This document shows, piece by piece, positions 8,638 through 15,550 of a stretch of 32,000 nucleotides of DNA. The stretch is from contig NZ_CP074694.1 in the NCBI RefSeq assembly GCF_018398935.1, forward strand, positions 5,580,001-5,612,000, given 5' to 3'. Positions within the stretch are counted from its first letter, which is position 1, and every line of letters begins with the position of its first letter. The position numbers and the translations under genes are program-made. The DNA is from Telmatocola sphagniphila. Lineage in GTDB: Bacteria; Planctomycetota; Planctomycetia; Gemmatales; Gemmataceae. The notes under the pieces are model-generated. The model saw only the letters and a program-made list of their open reading frames with translations, did not search any database and had not been told where the DNA came from.

Positions 8638-9879
8638 TCATTTCCAAGGTAGAGAAGCTCTTGGAATTTGCAGTCGAACCGGATCCTTGCCGCCAAACGG
8701 GCTGCCAGGAAGTTCGAAATGTAAGTATTGGATTCCTTTTTCGGGAATCTCAAACAGAAAAAGTTGCTGGCTGCTTTTACCCGGGAACAGGGTGGCCGGG
8801 GCGGGCTGCCAGCCGGGAACTTCGGCACCGGTTTCCAGGGCTTTGAAAGCGATCATTCGCCCTTCGGAATCGGTCAACTTAGGGGCCACTTCCGGAGGTT
8901 TGGGATTGATTTCCCAGCCGCGAAAATCGATCTTCCGCGAGACGCCGAAGTTTTCCAGTTTCAGAGTGATCTGCAGAAATCGATCTTTAGTGACCCGGCG
9001 CTGATTCTGAGCATTCGTGAATTCCACCGGTCCTGCGGTTATGGACGCCAGCGAAATTCGCACGTCGTCCTGCTGCCAGGTCGATTTGGCTATATCGATC
9101 CAATCGGCGGTAATGCCCAACCCGGTGGAAGGGTCGACCGCGCGGACGATGGTGGGGTCTTCGACTTTTTCGAAGACCCACAACGGCTTCTGGCCCAGCC
9201 AGCCCGGGAACAGAAGCACCAGAAACAGGATTAATGCATTGAGTCCGGTGGCCGCGAATGGAATTCGCTTTTCCAGATAAACATTGATGATTGCCAAAAG
9301 GCCGAAGATCAGTCCGATGGCCGAGAGGCCTAGGGCGATCCAGCGACCGTACACTGTAACTTGCGTCGATAGTAAAGCCAGCCCGCCCAGCGACAAACCG
9401 ATCAGTCCGGGTATCAGCGAAAGGTTGGGATCCGATGGTGGGGCGAATGTCATCGGAACCGAAGGAGCGATTGCCGGCAGCGAGGGTATGGCAGGGATCG
9501 AAGGCGTCGTGGGAGCATTAACGGTGACGCTGGGAATGGTGTCCTGTGTGACGGGCTCGTGCATCGTCACAAGTCGTTCCCGGATATCGCTCGATCTTGT
9601 GCTTGGTGCGGGAACGGCGAGACTCGAGAGATTATTCACCGGGATATTGATTTCGAGTTCGCTTTTATCCTCGGCGTCCGCGCTCGAATCCGGCATCGAG
9701 AGCGTGAAGGACATGTTGCAGCTGGGGCAGGTGGCCGAGCGCCCGATCATTTTTCGCGGAGCGCGGACTTTCCCTTTGCCGCAGTACGTACAGACAGCTG
9801 TGAATGGCACGGTGGCCTTCTCCGGCGAAAATGAGAGTCTTATTAGTAAGTATCCATCGTCCGATTGAAACCGCCGCAA
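8638..9879 (-). CDS. Hypothetical membrane protein: N-terminal zinc ribbon, Pro-rich linker, 3-4 TM helices, C-terminal beta-rich exported domain
   Basis: 413-aa ORF. 'CTYCGKGKVRAPRKMIGRSATCPSC' is a CxxC...CxxC zinc ribbon. 'PTTPSIPAIPSLPAIAPSVP' is a proline-rich linker. Hydrophobic helices run from 'LIPGLIGLSLGGLALL' to 'ALILFLVLLFPGWL'. The C-terminal ~190 aa resemble a DUF4352-type Ig-like domain (weak call). The start is a TTG at 9879; a GTG at 9810 also precedes the zinc ribbon, so the start is uncertain. The stop is 8 nt upstream of the DUF1559 start. Confidence 0.6.
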   Translation of the reverse strand: MRRFQSDDGYLLIRLSFSPEKATVPFTAVCTYCGKGKVRAPRKMIGRSATCPSCNMSFTLSMPDSSADAEDKSELEINIPVNNLSSLAVPAPSTRSSDIRERLVTMHEPVTQDTIPSVTVNAPTTPSIPAIPSLPAIAPSVPMTFAPPSDPNLSLIPGLIGLSLGGLALLSTQVTVYGRWIALGLSAIGLIFGLLAIINVYLEKRIPFAATGLNALILFLVLLFPGWLGQKPLWVFEKVEDPTIVRAVDPSTGLGITADWIDIAKSTWQQDDVRISLASITAGPVEFTNAQNQRRVTKDRFLQITLKLENFGVSRKIDFRGWEINPKPPEVAPKLTDSEGRMIAFKALETGAEVPGWQPAPATLFPGKSSQQLFLFEIPEKGIQYLHFELPGSPFGGKDPVRLQIPRASLPWK

Positions 9880-9937
9880 TGCAAGTGAATTTCAGATATG
9901 CGAGTGAATAGAGCCGCGGCGGCCTAACGAGTCGTGT

Positions 9938-9972
9938 CAAAATATAAAACCCCGAAGAGATCTTCGGGGTTT
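9938..9972 (-). terminator. Rho-independent terminator of the BI-1/YccA gene
   Basis: An 11-bp stem (9947-9957 AAACCCCGAAG pairs with 9962-9972 CTTCGGGGTTT) with a 4-nt loop. Read on the minus strand, the stem is followed by TATATTTT. It starts 28 nt downstream of the stop at 10000. Confidence 0.75.
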
Positions 9973-9999
9973 GTCGAATTTTGAATTATTGTCGGAGAA

Positions 10000-10719
10000 T
10001 TAATCTCTGCTGGAATTCAGCAGAATCCGGAGGATGTAGTAGAAGAGCATCGTGACATCGGCGAACAGTTCCAAGGCCGCCCCCACGTGCTGGTTCACAC
10101 CATAGTGATGAAGCACGTTCGAGGTGTCGTACAGAATGTAACCGCAGACCAAGGCCACCATCAGGAAGCTGAACCAGATGCCCAGACCGAAGCCTCCGAT
10201 CGCCGCGGCAATGATGATTCCCAATCCGGCGAAGCCCAGCACCGTCAGACCCGTGCCGAGGAACGAGAAATCCTTCTTGGACAGAAATACCGCCGCGGAC
10301 AAACCGCCGAAGATGGTCAAGGTCATGATGCCGGCTTGCAAGGCCAACCGGTGATCGCCGGTTTTCGCTTCGGCAATCGTCAAAATCGGCATGAAGATGA
10401 CCGCCTGAAGGGCCACATACAGAGCCAGGCCCAAATACTGGGTCATCGTATTGCGGGAGGCCGCCATCACTCGAGCGATGAAGCCCGAGCCCATAAACAG
10501 AACCATCAGCGCGATCCAGGCGAAGGTTCCACCCCCCCGAAGGGCATTGAAAAACAAATCCCGGATGGGGGAATTCAAAAAGACCGCTTCCAAACCGACA
10601 AAAGCTACCGAGGCCGCGGCCACGGTAGCATAAGTCTTGCGAATGAATGCCAGACGCACATTAGATGGTGCCTGAGCCACCGAATCGGTGTAGTAACCAT
10701 CTTCCAAATACTGACTCAT
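10000..10719 (-). CDS. Bax inhibitor-1/YccA family inner-membrane protein
   Basis: 239 aa with seven predicted TM helices. The N-terminal 'RLAFIRKTYATVA' and the overall layout are typical of the BI-1/YbhL/YccA family. Confidence 0.85.
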   Translation of the reverse strand: MSQYLEDGYYTDSVAQAPSNVRLAFIRKTYATVAAASVAFVGLEAVFLNSPIRDLFFNALRGGGTFAWIALMVLFMGSGFIARVMAASRNTMTQYLGLALYVALQAVIFMPILTIAEAKTGDHRLALQAGIMTLTIFGGLSAAVFLSKKDFSFLGTGLTVLGFAGLGIIIAAAIGGFGLGIWFSFLMVALVCGYILYDTSNVLHHYGVNQHVGAALELFADVTMLFYYILRILLNSSRD

Positions 10720-10871
10720 ATTTTCTCCCCTTATTCACCCCGGACCAAGGGAACCGGGAACAGTTTTCAGATATCCTAACACGCCGTTTACCGGCCAACA
10801 AGCACAGACCATGCCAAAAAGAATGGTTTTCGAAATGATACCACTCGAAATACTTCCACGTTCGTCGCAAT

Positions 10872-11864
10872 TTACTTTTCGAAGATTTCCTCTTTCAGTC
10901 CCACATTCAGTTTCAGCTGGGTGTAGGAATACATCTCCAGGAGTTCCGGTTCGGTCTTGCCCTTCTTCGGTGCCTCGTAATTTTCGACGCGAACCGGTAA
11001 CTTCAAGGCTTTATCGAAGTATATGATCGACCTGTACGGGATATCCGGGTGTTTATCCTCGAGCGTTATTTCCAACTTCAAGCAATCTCGCTTGTCGAAT
11101 TGTACTTCGCTGAGGAGAATCTTAGATTTAACTCCGCCGGCTTTCTTATCCACATCGCCGATCTGTTCGATCAATTTACCGATCCCGGCCTGATCGATGG
11201 TATGCCGGTTATCCGACATAATCTTGGGATCGTCCACCGCCAGTGTCAGATAACCGACCAGTCCCTTCAATCCGGCCCCTTTCACGCGGGCTTTCCCCTC
11301 ATTTTTTCCTGCCATATAGGCAGCTTCCTGACCCTGCACCGATTTCGGACCCGTGAAGTGGAAGAATACGGCAAAAGGTTCCGCCCGGACGCTCATCTCG
11401 GCGGTCTGTTCATCCATCAGCTTGCTGCCGATACGTTCCTGCTTGATGAAAATGCAGGTGTAATCTTTGACCGATTTGTACGCCGAGCGAGACTGGTCGA
11501 TCCACTCCTTGATGATACCGGGCTTCGCCACCTCCGGTTCTCGCTTTTCTATATCGGGATCTTTCGATTTTTCCTTCGCTTTATCAGTATCCTTGCCCGC
11601 TTTGCGTTCCCGTTCTTCCCGTCGTTTCTGCAGCTTTTCCAGTTCGTCCTTGAGTTTGGCCTCCTTCTCGGCTTCCCGCTTGGCCTTTAACTCCTGTAGC
11701 CGTTTCATGATCGGGCCGACTTTCTTGTCGTCGTCGTCCTTATCCTTCTTCTTGTCGTCGTCTTTCTTTTTTTCGGTGGGATCCTGATCCGCAGCGGGCA
11801 GCGTCACGCAACCGACCGCCAGTACGGAACTGAGAGCAAAAAAAACCAGCCAACGTTGGAGCAT
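10872..11864 (-). CDS. DUF1571-like (LolA-fold) lipoprotein with a long Lys/Asp/Glu-rich low-complexity region
   Basis: 330 aa. Signal peptide with a lipobox-like 'LAVGC'. Residues ~30-110 are almost entirely K/D/E ('KKKDDDKKKDKDDDDKK...KREAEKEAKLKDELEKLQKRREERERK'). The C-terminal 200 aa ('YTCIFIKQERIGSKLMDEQTAEMSVRAEPFAVFFHF...GQEAAYMAGKNEGKARV') match my recollection of DUF1571. Confidence 0.65.
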   Translation of the reverse strand: MLQRWLVFFALSSVLAVGCVTLPAADQDPTEKKKDDDKKKDKDDDDKKVGPIMKRLQELKAKREAEKEAKLKDELEKLQKRREERERKAGKDTDKAKEKSKDPDIEKREPEVAKPGIIKEWIDQSRSAYKSVKDYTCIFIKQERIGSKLMDEQTAEMSVRAEPFAVFFHFTGPKSVQGQEAAYMAGKNEGKARVKGAGLKGLVGYLTLAVDDPKIMSDNRHTIDQAGIGKLIEQIGDVDKKAGGVKSKILLSEVQFDKRDCLKLEITLEDKHPDIPYRSIIYFDKALKLPVRVENYEAPKKGKTEPELLEMYSYTQLKLNVGLKEEIFEK

Positions 11865-11994
11865 GGTGGTCCCCCCGTCATGGATCGTCTGTCCAGGTGT
11901 CGCATCCGCTGAAGCGCATAGCCCCCGAGCCAGCTTGGATGCCGTACCCGGGATTGCACATAAACTACCCTAATTCTATCCGCAAGAGCATGTT

Positions 11995-12651
11995 ATGAGC
12001 TTGGTAATCAAAACTATTGTATCGATGCCGTTCGCTGAAAATACCTATCTTGTCTGGCTTGACAATTGGAAGCAGTGTGTGGTTGTTGACCCCGGATTGG
12101 ATCCTGAGAGTATTCAGGATTGTATCGCCGAGAATGAACTCTCCGTGGTCGCCATTCTGAATACACACGGCCATACCGATCATATTGCCGGCAATGACTT
12201 TATGAAAAAATTACTTCCCCAGGCGCCCATTATCATCGGGGAAGGGGATGCCCCGATGCTGACCGATCCGGATTTGAATCTCAGCCGATCCTATGGCATC
12301 GATATCGTCAGCCCCCCGGCGGATCAGACGGTCAAAGAAGGGGAAACCCTTCACCTGGGGGGTATGGATCTCGAAATACTGGATATTCCCGGACATTCGC
12401 CAGGCCATATCGTCTTTGTACTGAAAGAACACAAAATCGTGCTCGGCGGCGATGTGCTGTTTCGCGAAGGAATTGGCCGGACCGATTTCCCCGGCGGCAG
12501 TTTTCAAACGCTGGCGAAAGGAATTCGCGGCAAGCTTTTTACGCTCGATCCGGATTTTGTGGTCTACCCTGGCCATGGCCCGGTCACCAAAATCGGTCAC
12601 GAGAAGAAGGCCAACCCGTTCGTGGGAGAACAGGCCTCCCGCCAATGGTGA
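11995..12651 (+). CDS. MBL-fold metallo-hydrolase (glyoxalase II-like)
   Basis: 218 aa. Metal-binding 'NTHGHTDHIAGN', 'IPGHSPGH' and 'GDVLF..GIGRTDFPGG' are typical of the beta-lactamase-fold hydrolase family. Confidence 0.9.
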   Translation: MSLVIKTIVSMPFAENTYLVWLDNWKQCVVVDPGLDPESIQDCIAENELSVVAILNTHGHTDHIAGNDFMKKLLPQAPIIIGEGDAPMLTDPDLNLSRSYGIDIVSPPADQTVKEGETLHLGGMDLEILDIPGHSPGHIVFVLKEHKIVLGGDVLFREGIGRTDFPGGSFQTLAKGIRGKLFTLDPDFVVYPGHGPVTKIGHEKKANPFVGEQASRQW

Positions 12652-12750
12652 GCCGCGTAAAAAAATCGAGAAGCTCGTCTGAGTATTCCGAGATAAGATT
12701 CGTTTCCTATAATACGTGCGTGCGTTTCTCCAACATTCAGGAAGAAAATT

Positions 12751-13392
12751 ATGATGCTTCGACTGGCAACATTGATCGCTCTGTTCGGCTTGATGAGTAC
12801 CCTCGCGGCCCAGGATGTCGTTAAGCCGACTTCCAAGGTGGAGCAGAGCCTCTACCCCACCAGCATCGGCACCAAATGGACCTATACCATTGTGGGCCAG
12901 AACAAGCAGATGGACGTTACGGTGGCCCGCACCGAAAAGGTAGGCACTACCGATTGCGTTGTCCTGGAAGCTTCGGTGGAAGTGGAGTCGGTTCGTCAGG
13001 TCGTTGCCACGGAGCATATGGCGTTGGAAAAAGGAATCTATCAGCGTCTGAAGTTAGGCAACGGCGAAGTGAATCCGCCGCTGATATTCCTGAAGAACGA
13101 TGCGAAAAAAGAGGATACCTGGAAGGCCGAGTTCGAAGTGAAGATGGTGATGGATGGAAAGCCCGTGACGGCCAAGGCCAAAACCCAGTTCACCGTTTCT
13201 GAAGAGAAGGTCAAAGTCCCCGCCGGCGAATACGACACGACGGTGATTCGGGGCAAAACGGAAGAAGATGGCAAAGTCACGGATTCCGCCGTGTGGTACG
13301 CCAAGGGAGTCGGACCCGTGAAGCAGGAATTCGACTTCGGCGGCGGTAACAAGTTCACTCTCGAACTTAAGGCCGTGAGCGTTAAGAAGTAA
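12751..13392 (+). CDS. Hypothetical secreted protein (beta-rich)
   Basis: 213 aa. Sec signal peptide 'MMLRLATLIALFGLMSTLAAQ'. AGGAAG Shine-Dalgarno-like element ~8 nt upstream. I recognise no family. Confidence 0.6.
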   Translation: MMLRLATLIALFGLMSTLAAQDVVKPTSKVEQSLYPTSIGTKWTYTIVGQNKQMDVTVARTEKVGTTDCVVLEASVEVESVRQVVATEHMALEKGIYQRLKLGNGEVNPPLIFLKNDAKKEDTWKAEFEVKMVMDGKPVTAKAKTQFTVSEEKVKVPAGEYDTTVIRGKTEEDGKVTDSAVWYAKGVGPVKQEFDFGGGNKFTLELKAVSVKK

Positions 13393-13813
13393 ATCCGAAT
13401 TGCAACGCATCGGTCCGGTCGTTCAGGATGCGTTGACCACTATATCCTTTCAACTCAATTTTGGCTGAGTATCCGTTCCGGATTTTTCCCGCCTTCGGGG
13501 CGGGGAAGAGGGCGGCGAGCGGAAGCTGAATCGCCAAAATCTCCCGCCACAATACCGGCATCGAATGGGTCTCAGCAAAATATACCGGGCCATCCCCTGC
13601 CATTTCGCCGATTTCGATAACTGCAAGTCTGTACTGCTGCAATAAATGCAGCTCTTGGGTAAGCCGAAAATTGCGAACCCTCCCGTAACCCAGGCGATAC
13701 CGAGGCGACAAAGTCATGAAGCCGCAGCCATCAAGCGGGCAAAGCGGAGAGTATCGGGGAGCGAGTCCGACGAGGGGCATAGCGAGGTTAGCAGTCTGCG
13801 AGTCTGCAATCAC
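13382..13813 (-). CDS. Questionable hypothetical ORF
   Basis: 143-aa ORF from the track with no recognisable motif. Its 3' end contains the 13403-13435 hairpin and overlaps the neighbouring gene's stop. It is listed only because no better explanation for this 0.4 kb is visible. Confidence 0.2.
   Translation of the reverse strand: MIADSQTANLAMPLVGLAPRYSPLCPLDGCGFMTLSPRYRLGYGRVRNFRLTQELHLLQQYRLAVIEIGEMAGDGPVYFAETHSMPVLWREILAIQLPLAALFPAPKAGKIRNGYSAKIELKGYSGQRILNDRTDALQFGFTS
13403..13435 (+). terminator. Stem-loop 11 nt downstream of the secreted-protein gene (possible terminator; no U-tract)
   Basis: A perfect 9-bp stem (CAACGCATC at 13403-13411 pairs with GATGCGTTG at 13427-13435) with a 15-nt loop. 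No T-run follows directly, so terminator function is uncertain. Confidence 0.3.
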
Positions 13814-14047
13814 ACTAAATCGAATCTAGCATATTCGATCTATGGATCGGAAATTAATCTTTCTTCTGATGAATGGGAAACAAAAAATTGAGCTTAGGAA
13901 AAAATAGTTACTCTAAGCCCTTCGGATTATTCAGCTTTTGCCCGAAAAAGGAGACTTAATTCGTCTGGCCCCGATCCTCCAAATGAAATCAAATCCATTA
14001 TTAGGTTAAATTTACCAAATCAGGTTAATCTTCTTCGATTCTTCACC

Positions 14048-15490
14048 TCAACCCCCTTTTTTCAGAAGGGAAAGTGCTTGGCCAAATAAGCTGGGCAGTG
14101 GGCTGGGATCGTATTCCCGGGGACTGTTGTAGACTTCCGGGCCGCGCGGCAGCTTCAGAATCTTTTGAATTTGGTCGAGCAGGTTGAGAAGAGCCACTTT
14201 GTCTGCGTCGTTCAGCGATTGAGTCTCTTTTAACACAAGCAGGGCGTAGTAGATCTGGCAAGCAGTATCCCAATCGAGGGGCTGCGATTGGGTAAGACGC
14301 TGCAGGAGTGCGTCGACTGTCAAAGGCTTAACCGGCTGCTTCAGGAGGAATAGAGCCTGGGCGATTTCCCTTGTCAGCAAAGCGGTATCTCCTTGTTGCA
14401 GAGTCTTTTGAATACCTGGAAAATCGTGGCCAGGTACAAAAAGAGTATTCCAAACTAACCTTCCCGAACTCGATGGTCGCCAGCCGGCCACCTTGAGGTC
14501 GTGATGGCAGGAGAAGCAATTGAATTCCGCCAACTCCGGCCAGGGCTTCCTTTCCACTCGATCCGCAAGCAATCCTAACGCCGCTTTGGCACGTTCCGTT
14601 GCTCCGGCCGACCAGGCGACGGCTTCCCACCCAACGGGTAGAGGTCGGTTACCCTGCAGTCGATCTTTTTCCGACCAATGCCTTGGTAAAGCCCGCAAAT
14701 AAGTCGCGAATTCGAAGTTCAACCGAGGATGCCCGGCGGCAATAAAATCGTGATTCACGTCTCGTAAAGGCTGATCTTTACTGGCGGGCGCTCCGACATG
14801 GCAACCGGCACACTGGGCGGCTCGGACATTCCAGTCGTAAAGGCGAGTCAGTCCGAATTGGGAATACGCTTTTTCCCGATCGGTCTGGTCGGTCCAGCTC
14901 ACATGTTCCGAGCGGTAGGCATTAGCCGCCCCATGACAGGCCTCGCAGGAAACGCCCTCTCGTAATAAAGCGACCTGTTCGTCCGTAAAAGTCTTCGACT
15001 CCAGGGTTTTGACCAGGAGCGGATTGGCATGGCAGGCCAGGCAACGAAGATCCTGCTGGGCCGAGTGATTCTCATTCGGATACAGGCGTTTCATCATGGC
15101 CTGCGATTTGGCATTCAAAAGTGTTTCGTAGGATTGGGCGTGAGGATCCTTCAGCGTCCAAATGGTTTGGCTGCTTTTCCAGAGCGATTGAGGGCTTTCC
15201 TGGCTGTCGGCAGGAGATTGGCTATGGCAGTTGCTGCCGCTGCATCCCGCCGAACCGAAAAGAGTGGGAGCCCCATGAATTTTCGAAGAAATCGGTGTGG
15301 TTTCGCCCGCAGGAGAGGGAGTGCTGGAGATCGCGCGCAGACCCGAGGGGATCAGGAAATAGACCCCGATCAACAGGGAGGCTATCAGCAAGCCGCTGAC
15401 AGTCGGTCGCAAAAGCATGGAGCGTTCTCGGGTTCGGAGGAAGACCACACCAGTTAAGTCACTTCTTGCGCGATTGTCCAGCGCGAACAT
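14048..15490 (-). CDS. Exported multiheme c-type cytochrome, five heme-binding motifs (paralog A; c554-like N-terminal part)
   Basis: Five motifs in order: CSGSNCH (CX4CH), CLACH, CEACH, CAGCH, CFSCH. It is colinear with the ORFs at 22869 and 24239, sharing blocks such as 'DPHA.aY', 'GV.CE.CHG', 'C..CHVG...H...AAGHP.L.FE' and 'EF.C..CHH'. The signal/anchor helix 'LLIASLLIGVYFLIP' begins after Met25, so the true start may be the ATG at 15418 rather than 15490. Confidence 0.85.
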   Translation of the reverse strand: MFALDNRARSDLTGVVFLRTRERSMLLRPTVSGLLIASLLIGVYFLIPSGLRAISSTPSPAGETTPISSKIHGAPTLFGSAGCSGSNCHSQSPADSQESPQSLWKSSQTIWTLKDPHAQSYETLLNAKSQAMMKRLYPNENHSAQQDLRCLACHANPLLVKTLESKTFTDEQVALLREGVSCEACHGAANAYRSEHVSWTDQTDREKAYSQFGLTRLYDWNVRAAQCAGCHVGAPASKDQPLRDVNHDFIAAGHPRLNFEFATYLRALPRHWSEKDRLQGNRPLPVGWEAVAWSAGATERAKAALGLLADRVERKPWPELAEFNCFSCHHDLKVAGWRPSSSGRLVWNTLFVPGHDFPGIQKTLQQGDTALLTREIAQALFLLKQPVKPLTVDALLQRLTQSQPLDWDTACQIYYALLVLKETQSLNDADKVALLNLLDQIQKILKLPRGPEVYNSPREYDPSPLPSLFGQALSLLKKGG

Positions 15491-15550
15491 CTCAAAAAAG
15501 CTTGGATTCCCCGAACATCCTGATTGACTTGAGGATTGTGATTGGGTTAA

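Noticed and set aside
8009-9004. 331-aa plus-strand ORF spanning the DUF1559 gene and the zinc-ribbon membrane gene
   Set aside because: It is antisense to two genes with clear family or topological signatures, crosses their 8-nt junction, and has an Arg/Gly/His-rich low-information composition. It is a shadow ORF.
11540-11790. Simple-sequence DNA (GTCGTC / CTTCTT / CTTTTC runs) that could be mistaken for a tandem repeat or repeat array
   Set aside because: It is in frame within the DUF1571-like gene and encodes the Lys/Asp/Glu-rich spacer. It has no regular unit length or spacers, so it is neither a CRISPR array nor a satellite.
12211-13017. 268-aa minus-strand ORF
   Set aside because: It runs antisense across the MBL hydrolase gene, the intergenic gap and the start of the secreted-protein gene. 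Both plus-strand genes are better supported (metal-binding motifs, and a signal peptide plus Shine-Dalgarno element).
13882-13918. Weak hairpin plus T-run (minus strand) as terminator of cytochrome paralog A
   Set aside because: The stem is only 6 bp and AT-rich, the loop is 15 nt, and it lies about 130 nt from the stop. This is too weak to call as a feature, so it is noted only inside the AT-rich-region finding.
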